From positions 7,605 through 71,604 of the forward strand of contig JAYTHE010000011.1 in assembly GCA_043732705.1 (NCBI GenBank): a stretch of DNA of 64,000 nucleotides, in the 5' to 3' direction. The notes beneath the pieces were generated by a model. That model made no database searches and was not told where the DNA came from. It saw only the letters and a list, made by a program, of their open reading frames with translations. Below, piece by piece: positions 38,296 to 49,332 of the stretch (the first letter of the stretch is position 1; the number at the start of each line of letters is the position of its first letter). The stretch comes from Candidatus Omnitrophota bacterium. Lineage in GTDB: Bacteria; Omnitrophota; Omnitrophia; Omnitrophales; Aquincolibacteriaceae. The position numbers and the translations under genes are program-made.

Positions 38296-39971
38296 TACAG
38301 TTCGATCCGGTATCCGTTAAATCTGCGGAAAAACAAATCTTTGCCGGTAAACGGTCCTCCGGTAATAATTTGCTCATCGAATCGCAGCGAGCCTTCATTT
38401 TTGCCGCCATAGGGATCCCAAACGCGAACTAATTTCCCCGCTTGCTTGATGGGATCAAGACCGTGAGAATCCGCGTGGTTGTGAGAAACGATAACAACAT
38501 AATTAATTCCGGCTTGCTTCAAACCGGCAAGGCTTGAAGAGATTTCAGGCTCCGCAAACAGAAAAGTGTCTTTACCCCGCGTTTCAGTCATAAAATAGAG
38601 ATTGTACGCGGGCTTATCCTTGCAGGCGTGTAAGTAAAATTGAATTCGCTGTCGATTAGCGGCGTCATCCGCTTTTTTATGACTTAGCTTATCTTTGAGC
38701 TGCTCGCATGAAAAAGAGAGGCGCGGCGTAAAAAAAGTCCCATCCATTGCGATCCGGCTCCCGGAAGAGATATTCGCTTCGATCCATTGCGCAGCCTGGG
38801 TGCGAGTGTCCGGTCGCCGCATAATCAAGTCAAAGCGGATATCTTTAGCCGTATTGATCAATCCGGCCCCTATCACAAGCCCCAGAACTATGATTTTTAA
38901 TTCCCTGTTTTGTCTTGCGAGAAACTGCGCGGCGTCAGCAGCTAAAAATATAAGAAAAGGCACTAACGGCAAAATATAACGTCCGTACGGCTGACCCTTT
39001 TGCCAAAGCACAAAATAATAAACCAAACAAAACAGGCTGATACTTTGCGCGCGCACGTCTTTTGAAAAAAAAGCCCGCAAGCAGCCGGCCAAACCCAAAA
39101 CAACAAGCGGCCAGCTTATTCCCTGTGCTAATGAATAAGTTAAATGATGCCAAAAGGAAACTCCTTGATTCGCGGCGCTTTGTTCTTTTAATTCGTTAAT
39201 AAAAAAATGCAAATCAATCAAGGCATAAGGATTTAAAATAAAAAAAGCCGCCGCAGCGGCAAAAGCGGCGCACAGGCTATGAACACATGTTTGAAACTGA
39301 TTCTCCGCGGCACGGAAACTCATCCAAAGATAAGGAACGAAAAGAAATATACCGTTGTATTTAAATGCCGCGGCAAGCCCGATTAAAAGCCCCAACTTAA
39401 CATGATTATTTGCCCGCGAAAGATCAAGACTGTGTAAGGCTTTGAAAAAAATCAAACAGACGAGAATCAGCGGCATATCCGCGTAAATGTAGTGGGCATC
39501 GGAAACGTGTACAAAACAAACCGCAAATAAGGCGCCTGCGGCCAAAACCCATACTTGAGGCACAAGGCGTTTGCGCATCCAAGCCATCAATAAATAAACG
39601 GATAAGACAGCCGGAATAACGCCGAGAGCAACGCGGCCTAAAAGATAAAAAATCGCCGGGTTTTGAAAAAAGTATCCGGCAAAATGGGCCGCGTCGGGCC
39701 AATACCCTAAAATTTTTCCGATAATAAACAATGCGCCGTAAATTCCGAACAAAAGATAGCTGGTGAGGGGCGGAATATTAAAAAAGTGCGGGTTAAAATC
39801 GCCTGTTCCAAAACGCAGCGCGTGATTCACGATGATCGGTTCATCCGCGTGGAAAAGGCCGGGCAAACCAAATCCCACGGCCCAAAGCCGCAACAATAAA
39901 GCCAGAAGCAGAATCAGGATTTCAGGAAGAAACCTAAACTGAGGTTTTAAATTCAACGGCGATGCAGCCAT
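38274..39971 (-). CDS. PMT/ArnT-type GT-C glycosyltransferase
   Basis: FGLPGLFHADEP, NPHFFNIPP, GLAAAFKYN, RYILP, DTRTQAAQWI. Start uncertain (ATG 39971 or TTG 39956). Confidence 0.8.
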   Translation of the reverse strand: MAASPLNLKPQFRFLPEILILLLALLLRLWAVGFGLPGLFHADEPIIVNHALRFGTGDFNPHFFNIPPLTSYLLFGIYGALFIIGKILGYWPDAAHFAGYFFQNPAIFYLLGRVALGVIPAVLSVYLLMAWMRKRLVPQVWVLAAGALFAVCFVHVSDAHYIYADMPLILVCLIFFKALHSLDLSRANNHVKLGLLIGLAAAFKYNGIFLFVPYLWMSFRAAENQFQTCVHSLCAAFAAAAAFFILNPYALIDLHFFINELKEQSAANQGVSFWHHLTYSLAQGISWPLVVLGLAGCLRAFFSKDVRAQSISLFCLVYYFVLWQKGQPYGRYILPLVPFLIFLAADAAQFLARQNRELKIIVLGLVIGAGLINTAKDIRFDLIMRRPDTRTQAAQWIEANISSGSRIAMDGTFFTPRLSFSCEQLKDKLSHKKADDAANRQRIQFYLHACKDKPAYNLYFMTETRGKDTFLFAEPEISSSLAGLKQAGINYVVIVSHNHADSHGLDPIKQAGKLVRVWDPYGGKNEGSLRFDEQIITGGPFTGKDLFFRRFNGYRIELYQLDADA

Positions 39972-40672
39972 CGTATACGCAGGACATCCCAAAACATAAT
40001 AATGGGGTCACGCAAAACATGCACCTTGGAAGCGGCCGAGTTGAGCCATGTCACCGGAAGCTCGACAATCTTGAGTTTCAATTTTTGAGCTAAAAATAGA
40101 AGTTCAACATCAAAGCTAAAACCATCCAGCTTTTGAATGGAAAATAATTTTTCCGCGGACTCGCGCGTAAAACATTTAAACCCGCATTGAGAATCGCGAA
40201 TGCCGCGAAACGCGAAAATCACGGCAACACTATTGAATATCCGCCCCATCCATTCGCGAAAGACGGGCTGCCGTTCAACAATGTTAGCGCCTTGAACGGC
40301 CCGCGAACCGATAACAATATCCGCCTTCTTATCAATCAACAGGGGTAGGAACTTGTCCAGCTCTTCAATAGGTGTGGAAAGATCCGCGTCGCTAAAAAGC
40401 CGGTATTCGCCCTGCGCTTTGAGCATCCCACGGCGTACTGCGGCGCCTTTGCCTTGGTTTTCGGGAGCCTGCAAGACTTGAAATAAAAACCCAGAATCTT
40501 GCAAAGTTTCCCGCGCGACTGTAATGGTTTGATCCAAGCTTCCGTCATCAGAAACAATAATTTCAACGGTATAAACTTTTGAGCGGAAAAATTCGAGGAC
40601 TTTCTTTAAAGTACTGACGATGCGCTTTTCTTCGTTATATGCCGGGATAATAACCGAGACGAACGGATTCAT
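39953..40672 (-). CDS. Dolichyl/polyprenyl-phosphate beta-glucosyltransferase-like GT2
   Basis: [45 protein letters not shown]. Start at ATG 40672 (ATGA overlap). Confidence 0.88.
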   Translation of the reverse strand: MNPFVSVIIPAYNEEKRIVSTLKKVLEFFRSKVYTVEIIVSDDGSLDQTITVARETLQDSGFLFQVLQAPENQGKGAAVRRGMLKAQGEYRLFSDADLSTPIEELDKFLPLLIDKKADIVIGSRAVQGANIVERQPVFREWMGRIFNSVAVIFAFRGIRDSQCGFKCFTRESAEKLFSIQKLDGFSFDVELLFLAQKLKLKIVELPVTWLNSAASKVHVLRDPIIMFWDVLRIRWLHRR

Positions 40673-41625
40673 GCCAATGTGGGCTCGGCCAAACGCGTAC
40701 GAAAATAATCGAGTGTTTTCTTCAGCCCGTCCTCCAGCATGACCTTGGGCTCCCAACCTAACTTTGCGCGCGCGATACTGATATCCGGCTGTCTGATTCG
40801 CGGGTCGTCGACAGGCAACGGTTCAAGCACAATTTTGCTTTTTGAACCGGCCAAAGCAACAATTTTTTTAGCCAAATCCATCATGGTAAGTTCATTCGGA
40901 TTGCCGATATTCACCGGCTCATTTAAATTGGAAAGCATCAGTTTTTCAATTCCTGCGATTAAATCCAAAACATAGCAAAGGCTGCGGGTTTGGCTGCCGT
41001 CGCCAAAAACCGTCACAGGCTCGCCTTTCAGCGACTGCGTAAAAAAAGCTGGAATCGCCCGCCCGTCTTGAAGGCGCATGCGTGGCCCATAGGTATTAAA
41101 AATGCGTACAATCTTGGTATTCATACGATGGGCACGGTGATAGGCCATGGTTAAAGCCTCTCCAAAGCGCTTAGCTTCGTCGTAAACGCCACGAGGGCCA
41201 ATCGGGTTCACATTTCCCCAATAGGTCTCTTTTTGAGGATGCTCAAGCGGGTCGCCGTAAACTTCTGAGGTTGAGGCAATGAGAAAGACAGCCTTCTTAT
41301 CTTTCGCTAGTCCAAGCGCGTTATGCGTGCCATAGGAGCCGATTTTCAAAGTTTGAATCGGTAATTTCAAATAATCCAAAGGACTGGCCGGTGACGCAAA
41401 ATGTAAAATAAAATCAACCGGGTCCGGATAGCTGATCGGCTTCACAATATCATGTTCAATCAAACGGAATTTAGGATTTGTTTTTAAATGCGCGGTATTT
41501 TTGCGGTCCCCGGTTAAAAAATTATCAAGAGCGGTCACCTCATAGTCTTTTGACAAAAACAAATCACAAAGATGTGACCCGATAAAACCGCTTCCACCCG
41601 TAATTAAAATGCGCTTCGAAGTCAT
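40669..41625 (-). CDS. uxs: UDP-glucuronate decarboxylase (UDP-xylose synthase)
   Basis: [57 protein letters not shown]. Confidence 0.92.
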   Translation of the reverse strand: MTSKRILITGGSGFIGSHLCDLFLSKDYEVTALDNFLTGDRKNTAHLKTNPKFRLIEHDIVKPISYPDPVDFILHFASPASPLDYLKLPIQTLKIGSYGTHNALGLAKDKKAVFLIASTSEVYGDPLEHPQKETYWGNVNPIGPRGVYDEAKRFGEALTMAYHRAHRMNTKIVRIFNTYGPRMRLQDGRAIPAFFTQSLKGEPVTVFGDGSQTRSLCYVLDLIAGIEKLMLSNLNEPVNIGNPNELTMMDLAKKIVALAGSKSKIVLEPLPVDDPRIRQPDISIARAKLGWEPKVMLEDGLKKTLDYFRTRLAEPTLA

Positions 41626-41627
41626 TG

Positions 41628-42953
41628 CTACAGTCTCACTATTTTTTTGGAATGATAATTTTTCAACACGTTTCGCGAATCAAAAATAAGCCGGCTTTGC
41701 TTAACCACTAAATCGTAATCAAAGGCCTCGTGATCAGTCGTAATTAAAACAAGGTCAGCGGCTTTCAAATTCGCCGCTTGAAAGGTAACAGAACGAAATA
41801 CTTTTTTCTCGATTTCAACCATCGGAACATGCGGGTCGCAATAAGAAACCTGAGCTCCCAACTCATCAAGCTTATTCATAATTTCAAGCGCCGGCGACTC
41901 TCTCACATCCTCGATGTTTTTCTTGTAAGCCGCGCCGAGCAAAAGAATTTTTGCGCCATGCAAAGCTTTCTTTTGAAATTGACTGAGCGCGTGTGAACAC
42001 TGATCAACAACGAATTCGGGCATGGCTTTGTTCATCGCACCGGCAAGCTCGATAAATTTGAGCTCTGTCCCGTGAAAACGCGCCTTCCAGGAAAGATAAA
42101 GTGGGTCTACACCGATACAGTGCCCGCCGATTCCGGGCCCCGGATAAAAAGGCATAAATCCAAATGGTTTCGTTTTTGCCGCATCAACCGCCTCCCAAAT
42201 ATCCACATTCAAGGATTTTGCGGCCATCGCAAGTTCATTAATCAAACCAATATTGACGATTCGGAAAGTATTCTCAAGTAATTTGGCCATTTCGGCGGTA
42301 CGCGAACTTGAAACAGGAATAATGGTTTGAATGATCTGCGAATATAAAAGCCCCGCGATTTTTGTGCATTTCGCCGTAATTCCACCCACCACCTTAGGAA
42401 TATTTTGCGGGCGGTATTTTTGATTACCCGGATCAATGCGCTCCGGCGAAAAACAAAGAAAAAAGTCTTTTCCGGCTTTCCAACCGCCTTTTTCAAAAAT
42501 CGGCAGTAAAACTTCGTCCGTCGTTCCGGGGTAAGTGGTGCTTTCCAAAATGATCAACTGCCCTTTACGGCGATGTTTACGGATTGATTCAGCCGCATCC
42601 ACTACAAAAGAAAGGTCCGGGTTTTTAAGGCGGTTAAGCGGCGTTGGAACGCAGATCACCACGCAATCTGATTGTCCGATGACAGCAGAGTTTGTTGTCG
42701 GAGAGAAGTGTTTGGAAGCGACGGCAGCCCGAATGTCTTTTACGGGAATATCACTGATATACGATTTGCCGCTTGCGAGCGACTGAATTTTTTTCGCATC
42801 GACATCAAGACCAAAAACGCGAAAACCACGCTGGCTAAAAAGCAGCGCCAGCGGAAGGCCGACATATCCCATGCCAATAATGGTAATGGTGGCTTTCTGG
42901 TTATCAATCTTTTGAATGAGCTGTTCGCCCAAATTCAACTTAAGCTTCGACAT
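41628..42953 (-). CDS. UDP-N-acetyl-hexosamine 6-dehydrogenase (WbpA/WecC/TviB-like)
   Basis: [48 protein letters not shown]. Confidence 0.9.
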   Translation of the reverse strand: MSKLKLNLGEQLIQKIDNQKATITIIGMGYVGLPLALLFSQRGFRVFGLDVDAKKIQSLASGKSYISDIPVKDIRAAVASKHFSPTTNSAVIGQSDCVVICVPTPLNRLKNPDLSFVVDAAESIRKHRRKGQLIILESTTYPGTTDEVLLPIFEKGGWKAGKDFFLCFSPERIDPGNQKYRPQNIPKVVGGITAKCTKIAGLLYSQIIQTIIPVSSSRTAEMAKLLENTFRIVNIGLINELAMAAKSLNVDIWEAVDAAKTKPFGFMPFYPGPGIGGHCIGVDPLYLSWKARFHGTELKFIELAGAMNKAMPEFVVDQCSHALSQFQKKALHGAKILLLGAAYKKNIEDVRESPALEIMNKLDELGAQVSYCDPHVPMVEIEKKVFRSVTFQAANLKAADLVLITTDHEAFDYDLVVKQSRLIFDSRNVLKNYHSKKIVRL

Positions 42954-43863
42954 TTTTTAAACTTAATCCTTTTAAAAATTCCTGCAGGGCTTCCTGCCAA
43001 GGACGCATTTCAATTCCCAGATTTTTTTTTGCTTTATCTAAACTCAACACTGAATTTAACGGACGCTTCGCGGCACGCTTTAAATCCCCGCTTGAGATTT
43101 CTTTGACTTTTACGGAAGGAAAACGCGCGTAATCCAAAGTTTGCCTTGCATATCCCGACCAGTTAATTTGGCCCGCATTACCGATATGAAATATCTCCTT
43201 ATTATACTGATCGAGGAGATTTTTGCGAGAAGTCAGTAAATCACGCAAAGTTTCCGCGATGTCGCGAGTCCAGGTCGGCCTGCCCCATTGATCCGCGACA
43301 ACCGGGATTTCATTTTTCTCTTGCGCCTGTTTCAAAATAGCTTTAGGGAAATGCTGCCCGTTTTCGCCATAAAGCCATGTCACGCGGAAAATGATATAGC
43401 GGTTTGATTTTTGCCTCAATGCCTCTTCGGCCCATGCTTTGGTTTGACCGTAAAAATTAACCGGTTCAATGGGATCATTTTCAATATAAGGGCCGGCTTT
43501 GCGGCCGTTAAAGACATAATCCGTGCTAAAAAATATCAGGCAGGAATTTATTTCATTACAAATTTCGATCAGATTTTTGACAACGTCAACATTCTGTTTA
43601 ACCGCGGCATCCTTCCACTCGGGATCTTCGCAGAGATCTACTTTAGTGAACGCGGCCGCATGAATCACCAGATCGGGACGGCTTTGTAACATTGCTTTGC
43701 GCAGAGCTTCTTTTTCGGCTAAATCGAGGTTGATGATATTCTTTTCACCGGAAGCGGCAAGATGGCGGCTAATCCCCTGAACTTGAAAATCAGGGTTTAG
43801 AACCAGCATCAAATCGGTTCCCAGCATTCCGGAAGAACCCGTAATCAGAATTTTCATGGACAA
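42940..43863 (-). CDS. rfbD: dTDP-4-dehydrorhamnose reductase
   Basis: GSSGMLG, AAFTKVD, STDYVF, YGQTK, DQWGRPT, RPLNSVL. Confidence 0.92.
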   Translation of the reverse strand: MSMKILITGSSGMLGTDLMLVLNPDFQVQGISRHLAASGEKNIINLDLAEKEALRKAMLQSRPDLVIHAAAFTKVDLCEDPEWKDAAVKQNVDVVKNLIEICNEINSCLIFFSTDYVFNGRKAGPYIENDPIEPVNFYGQTKAWAEEALRQKSNRYIIFRVTWLYGENGQHFPKAILKQAQEKNEIPVVADQWGRPTWTRDIAETLRDLLTSRKNLLDQYNKEIFHIGNAGQINWSGYARQTLDYARFPSVKVKEISSGDLKRAAKRPLNSVLSLDKAKKNLGIEMRPWQEALQEFLKGLSLKNVEA

Positions 43864-43876
43864 TGCGCGGACGGTA

Positions 43877-44851
43877 TTACTTGTTAGTGTATTTATTCTG
43901 TTTCAACGGCTTCCACCAATCTTCGCGGGATTGATACCATTCAATAGTTTGTTTTAAACCTTCATGAACACCGTACTCCGGAGAAAAACCCAACGCTTTT
44001 AACTTTGAAAAATCAAGCGCGTAACGGAAGTCATGGCCGGGGCGATCCGCCACAAACTCGATCCGGTCTTCACCTAATCCCATATTTTTAAGAATAGCCC
44101 GCGTAAGCTCAAGATTGCTTAACTCATTATCTGAACCAATATTATAAATTTCCCCCGGAGTTCCTTTTTCAAACACAAGCTTGAGCGCGCGCGCAGCATC
44201 TTCAACATGAATCCAATCGCGGCGATTCTGGCCATCGCCATACACAGGCACTTTTTTCCCTGCAACCAAATTAGTCACGAAAAGTGGGATCACTTTTTCC
44301 GGATATTGATAAGGACCGTAATTGTTTGTGCAACGCGTAATCATCACCGGATAGTGATAGGTCTCACGATAAGCTCGGAGCAATAGATCCGCAGCTGCTT
44401 TTGAAGCTGAATAAGGACTATTGGGTTCCAATGGCGAGTCTTCACGGAACTTGCCTGTACGAATCGAACCATAAACTTCATCGGTCGACATATGCAAATA
44501 GCGTTTAATATTATATTTTTTAGCAAGACGCACCAGATTTTCAGCTCCCAAAATATTGGTGCTCAAAAAATCGTCCGCGTCATCAATCGAACGGTCAACA
44601 TGCGTTTCTGCCGCCAGATTAATCACTCCATCCGCACGGCTTATCACCGCCTCCATCGCCTTGATATCTCGAATATCAGCTTGAACAAATTCAAACCGAG
44701 AATTTCCGCGAAACTCTTCAATATTCGCTAAATTGCCGGAGTAACTCAGACGATCCACACAAATAATCGAATATTGGGCATCCTTAATAAAGAGCCTAAT
44801 TAAATTGGACCCGATAAAACCGCAGCCCCCTGTGATAACAACTTTCTTCAT
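43877..44851 (-). CDS. rfbB: dTDP-glucose 4,6-dehydratase
   Basis: GGCGFIG, AAETHVDRSI, STDEVYG, PYSASK, NNYGPYQYPEK, DRPGHD.RY. Confidence 0.95.
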   Translation of the reverse strand: MKKVVITGGCGFIGSNLIRLFIKDAQYSIICVDRLSYSGNLANIEEFRGNSRFEFVQADIRDIKAMEAVISRADGVINLAAETHVDRSIDDADDFLSTNILGAENLVRLAKKYNIKRYLHMSTDEVYGSIRTGKFREDSPLEPNSPYSASKAAADLLLRAYRETYHYPVMITRCTNNYGPYQYPEKVIPLFVTNLVAGKKVPVYGDGQNRRDWIHVEDAARALKLVFEKGTPGEIYNIGSDNELSNLELTRAILKNMGLGEDRIEFVADRPGHDFRYALDFSKLKALGFSPEYGVHEGLKQTIEWYQSREDWWKPLKQNKYTNK

Positions 44852-45579
44852 TTTTTTCTCCGATTTTCCTGACGTCTGACTAATTCAGAAGAATACTGCA
44901 AAGATTCGAAAGTTCCTGCGTCACTCCAAAATCCGGAAAGCATATCAAATTCGAGATTCCCGTTATTTAAATACCAGTTATTAACATCCGTAATTTCCAA
45001 TTCACCGCGCCTGGACGGCTTAAGCGTGGAAATAACTTTAAAAACCTGCGCATCGTACATGTAAATCCCAGTTACAGCGTAAGAACTTTTTGGTTTCTTA
45101 GGCTTTTCTTCGATTGAAACAACTTTGTTGCCTTTCAATTCTGCAACCCCAAAACGCTCCGGATCATTCACTTTTTTAAGAATGACACGCGCCCCTGATT
45201 TTTGTTTTAAAAACTTTTGAACCGATGTCCGAATACTGGATCCGATAATATTATCGCCCAGCATGACAATAATTTTTTCACCCGCGGCAAAACGGCCTGC
45301 CAAACGCAGCGCGTCCGCGATTCCACCCTCCCCGTCTTGATACGCAAAGGAAACGTGATCCAGCCCGAATTGACGCCCATTGCCGATTAAACGCAAAAAA
45401 TCTCCGGATGAGTTTCCGCCGGTCACGACCATCAAATCCTTCACTCCGGCATCAACCAGAGCTTCGATCGGATAATAAATCATCGGCTTATGATACACAG
45501 GTAGTAAATGTTTGTTCGTTACTTTTGTTAACGGAAGAAGCCTGCTTCCTAACCCACCCGCTAAAATAACACCCTTCAT
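44848..45579 (-). CDS. rfbA: Glucose-1-phosphate thymidylyltransferase (short, SpsI-like)
   Basis: GVILAGG.GSRL.PLT...NKHLLPVY, EKP, RGELEITD, DAGT. Confidence 0.88.
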   Translation of the reverse strand: MKGVILAGGLGSRLLPLTKVTNKHLLPVYHKPMIYYPIEALVDAGVKDLMVVTGGNSSGDFLRLIGNGRQFGLDHVSFAYQDGEGGIADALRLAGRFAAGEKIIVMLGDNIIGSSIRTSVQKFLKQKSGARVILKKVNDPERFGVAELKGNKVVSIEEKPKKPKSSYAVTGIYMYDAQVFKVISTLKPSRRGELEITDVNNWYLNNGNLEFDMLSGFWSDAGTFESLQYSSELVRRQENRRKK

Positions 45580-46895
45580 CTTTTTTTCTCCTCATAATTA
45601 ACCGAGGGACGCCCCATACTTAGATAGGTCCAACCACGCTGTTTCATTTCTTCATACGAATACATATTTCGCCCATCAATCAAAAGCGGCTGTTTCATCG
45701 AATTTTTGAGGCGGTCAAAATCAAGATTAAGAAACTCACTCCATTCCGTCAAAATCAAAATTGCGTCAGCGCCCTTTGCGGCTTGATAAGGATTGGTGCA
45801 GTAGCTTACTCCTTTAAACGAAGGCTTGGCTTTTGAAACAGCTACGGGATCATAAGCATAAATTTTAGCGCCATCTTCCTGCAAAGCGTGAATAACAGGG
45901 ATCGAGGGCGCCTCGCGCATATCGTCCGTGTCGGGCTTAAAGGCAAGGCCCAAGACCGCAAGTTTCCGTTTCTTCAAAGTTCCCAAAGCACGACGAACTT
46001 TTTCGACAAAGTACGCGGGCAAAGATTCGTTGACGACCAACGCCTGATTGAGCATTTCAAAACGAACACCTTTTTTCTGTGAAATTTTATAGAAAGCGCT
46101 TAAATCTTTCGGAAAACAAGAACCGCCAAAGCCGATTCCTGCGCGCAAAAAATGCGGACTGATGCGTGAATCCATGCCCATACCTTTAGCTACCTGTTCG
46201 ACATCGGCTCCGACCGAGTCACAAACCTGAGATAGTTGATTCGCAAAAGTAATTTTTAATGCCAAAAAGGAATTGGAGGCGTGTTTAATCAGTTCCGCAC
46301 TTCGAATATCCGTCGCATAAATTTTTGATTTAAAGGGAGCGTAAATTTTTCGCAGCACCGCTTCAGCGCGCGCGGTTTCCACGCCAATCACAATGCGGTC
46401 GGGCTCCATCAAGTCTTGAATCGCTGAACCTTCTTTCAAAAATTCCGGGTTGGAAGCAACATCAAAAGGAACGCCCTTGTGGATGTATTTTCTGACAACG
46501 GTTTTAATCCATTCTCCGGTTTCCACCGGAACCGTGCTTTTTTCCACGATAATGCGGTAGCTTCGCATATGCGTGGCGATTTCTTTGGCCACATTGCCGA
46601 CATAAGTCAAATCGGCCTCACCATTCGGTTTGGGCGGAGTATGCACACAAATAAATAATACTTCGCACTTGGCCACAGCTTCTGAAGTGCTTGTGCTAAA
46701 CGATAAGCGTCCGCCGCGAACATTGCTTAAAATCATTTCGGAAAGGCCGGGCTCATAAATTGGAATTTTGCCTTTTTTTAAAGCAGCAATTTTTTCTTTG
46801 TCATGATCCACACACATGACCGTGTGCCCCATATGCGCAAAACACGCCCCCGTCACAAGTCCGACATAACCTGAACCGATCATTCCAATTTTCAT
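45576..46895 (-). CDS. ugd: UDP-glucose 6-dehydrogenase
   Basis: GSGYVGL, EKSTVPV, SNPEFLKEG, GFGGSCFPKD, FKPDTDDMRE. Confidence 0.93.
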   Translation of the reverse strand: MKIGMIGSGYVGLVTGACFAHMGHTVMCVDHDKEKIAALKKGKIPIYEPGLSEMILSNVRGGRLSFSTSTSEAVAKCEVLFICVHTPPKPNGEADLTYVGNVAKEIATHMRSYRIIVEKSTVPVETGEWIKTVVRKYIHKGVPFDVASNPEFLKEGSAIQDLMEPDRIVIGVETARAEAVLRKIYAPFKSKIYATDIRSAELIKHASNSFLALKITFANQLSQVCDSVGADVEQVAKGMGMDSRISPHFLRAGIGFGGSCFPKDLSAFYKISQKKGVRFEMLNQALVVNESLPAYFVEKVRRALGTLKKRKLAVLGLAFKPDTDDMREAPSIPVIHALQEDGAKIYAYDPVAVSKAKPSFKGVSYCTNPYQAAKGADAILILTEWSEFLNLDFDRLKNSMKQPLLIDGRNMYSYEEMKQRGWTYLSMGRPSVNYEEKKR

Positions 46896-46916
46896 AAACC
46901 CTTTTTACGATAAGTC

Positions 46917-49331
46917 CTAATAGAGGTAGGCGTCTGGAGAATACCGAGCACCGTACGAAGAAGAAAAGTAACCTTGCTGTTCATTGGAACCATCTACAGT
47001 TTGTCCGATTCGAGGATCTGAAATTGTCGCTTGATTCGTCCCCGTGCTCAAATGAATCCCGGGGTAGGACTGCATTCTTAAATTAAAGAAAAGTTCGCGA
47101 TTTGAACTCTCAACCAAAGATTGCCGCATATCAAAGCCAAAATCTAAAAACAGGTCGCATCCTAAATTGCGCGTGGCGGAAACCTGCCATTCTTCAAAAT
47201 TACGATGAGTCGCATTCCAACGCGTGTATCCGGCGACGTCCCAACGTGAGTTGATGGTGTAGCGCCCTTCAAAAACAAATTGATTTCCCGCCGTGGGTTG
47301 ATTTCCAAAAATATCTTCTAACGCTCCCTCGCGCTCAAGTTGATCGGGATGCACATAGCGGTGTCCGAACAGCAGGCGCCAGCGGTCGCGCTGAAAAATA
47401 AGATCCTGGCTAAACTTTCCGATTTGCTTACGCTCAACGTCATGTTCAAGCTTGGCTTCATAAAGCAGCCAATTATAAGGCCTCAACGTCAGCTCATTGC
47501 CCAAAGTCGTAAAAGCGCTTCCCCTGCGGTCCAGCGGCTGGTAATCATATCGAACAAAGGTATTCATACTGACGATATCCACGCGCTGCATGGTTCCGTT
47601 CACGACACGTTTGGTTTGAAGTCGGTTATCCATTCCAAATTGCAAACGCATGGTATTTCCGAACTGATCAATTGAATCAAATTGATTGATTTTCGCGGGA
47701 GCAAGATTAGTTTCAGAAGCTTCAATCTGAAAATTGGGTTCAAAAACATGCCGCAATTGGTTGATTTCAACGCCCCATTTATTCGTGTTGGTCGCCATAG
47801 TTTTATAAAACTGCTCGCGCAAGTCAATTCCTTGATTGGCAACGACGCGCAAGTGATCATTATCACCCATTTTATCCCTGCTGTAATAAGTTGAACGCAG
47901 TCCAGTGAAAGGCATGATTTTAATTTCATTCCAATTGACGGGATAATAGAAATGAGTGACCGCATCGCCCCGGACAACATCTGCATTTAATCCGGCTCGT
48001 CCAAACTGTTTTGACATATTGTCAAAACTTGTCTGACTTTCGTTATATAAATTTTTAATCAAGACGGGTTGATTCTTCAGATCAGCGCGGATTTGCGGCA
48101 AATGCTCGATTGTTTTTTCATAACTATTCATCTTCTTTTCTGTATGAACCAACACGCCATACTTTTCAGTGTTATGGGTTAATGTCACGAAAGAGCTGGG
48201 CTGAATTTCCGTGCGGTGCTCGCGATGAAAAAAATCTTGAAGGAAATATTCATCTGCGACACGGTGATAACGCAAGATCAAATGGGTACCGGGAGCAAAA
48301 TCCGTGCGATGCCGCCAGCTAATACGTCCGCGAGCACGGTCCTGCTTTAACTCATAAGGATTTTCGCGTCCGCTTAAATCAAGATGGCCGGGGGTTGGAG
48401 CTTCTTTATCTTGAGTCCAATACAATTTAACGTCGCCTTTGGCCCACTTATCAAAGTTATATTGCTGCCGCAATCCCGCGCCAAATCCTTTTCTCTCGCG
48501 CCAATCTCCGTAAAGCTGTCCAGATAAATGCTTGTTGATGTAGTAGCCTTTCGAAATTCCGACATAATAACCAAATCGCCGGTTATTACCGGCAGTCACG
48601 CTAAATGGAACGCTTGGCACATTCAATGGTATGACCATATACGGAATCCAGAAAACCTTTTTACCCATCACGTACAGCCAGACATTACGGACAACAATTT
48701 TGTCTCCCGCGTAAATCGTGGCCTGCTTGGCTCGAAACTCATAATTAGGGTTTTCGGAACCACAGGTCGTAACGGAACAGTTTTTGATTGTGTGCAAGCC
48801 TTCTTTCTTCTGTTCCACTTCCGCGCCCGTTCCGCGCCAAGGCAAGCTTACAAAACGTCCGTCAGGGAAATTTCCGTGATGATTTTTAAAATCATAATAA
48901 ACTTCCGATCCTTTGATAGTCGGTTCGTCCTTTTTAAAAATAACAACATGGCCGCGCGCGGTGGCTTTACTGGTCTGGGTATCAAGCTCGGCATAGTCAG
49001 CGGTAATCTTGACGTCTTCATGTGTTAAAACGACATTGCCCCTAGCGATCAACAGATTTCTTACCTTGTCGTATTCAAGGCTGTCTGCCACAGACTCAAC
49101 CTGATAGTTTTTATTATTAAAAATATCTTCTACCGGAACTCGATTGATATTATCGGAAGCAGGCGGCCCGGACTGAGAAACAGCGGAAGACTGCGCCGCT
49201 GATGGCGCTATAGCGGGCTTCGCAGCCTCGGTCTCTGTCTTTTTAACGCTTTGATCCTGCGCCCATCCCCGAAAGGATCCCTGCGTCAGAATAAGCGCGG
49301 CCATGACCATCAGCGAAACTATTTTCTTCAA
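46917..49331 (-). CDS. lptD: LPS-assembly protein LptD-like outer-membrane protein
   Basis: Signal-peptide-like N-terminus, OstA/beta-jellyroll (ADSLEYD...ARGNV..., TTC), long aromatic alternating beta-strand C-terminus. Start placed at TTG 49331, just after the upstream stop. Confidence 0.75.
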   Translation of the reverse strand: MKKIVSLMVMAALILTQGSFRGWAQDQSVKKTETEAAKPAIAPSAAQSSAVSQSGPPASDNINRVPVEDIFNNKNYQVESVADSLEYDKVRNLLIARGNVVLTHEDVKITADYAELDTQTSKATARGHVVIFKKDEPTIKGSEVYYDFKNHHGNFPDGRFVSLPWRGTGAEVEQKKEGLHTIKNCSVTTCGSENPNYEFRAKQATIYAGDKIVVRNVWLYVMGKKVFWIPYMVIPLNVPSVPFSVTAGNNRRFGYYVGISKGYYINKHLSGQLYGDWRERKGFGAGLRQQYNFDKWAKGDVKLYWTQDKEAPTPGHLDLSGRENPYELKQDRARGRISWRHRTDFAPGTHLILRYHRVADEYFLQDFFHREHRTEIQPSSFVTLTHNTEKYGVLVHTEKKMNSYEKTIEHLPQIRADLKNQPVLIKNLYNESQTSFDNMSKQFGRAGLNADVVRGDAVTHFYYPVNWNEIKIMPFTGLRSTYYSRDKMGDNDHLRVVANQGIDLREQFYKTMATNTNKWGVEINQLRHVFEPNFQIEASETNLAPAKINQFDSIDQFGNTMRLQFGMDNRLQTKRVVNGTMQRVDIVSMNTFVRYDYQPLDRRGSAFTTLGNELTLRPYNWLLYEAKLEHDVERKQIGKFSQDLIFQRDRWRLLFGHRYVHPDQLEREGALEDIFGNQPTAGNQFVFEGRYTINSRWDVAGYTRWNATHRNFEEWQVSATRNLGCDLFLDFGFDMRQSLVESSNRELFFNLRMQSYPGIHLSTGTNQATISDPRIGQTVDGSNEQQGYFSSSYGARYSPDAYLY

Positions 49332-49332
49332 T

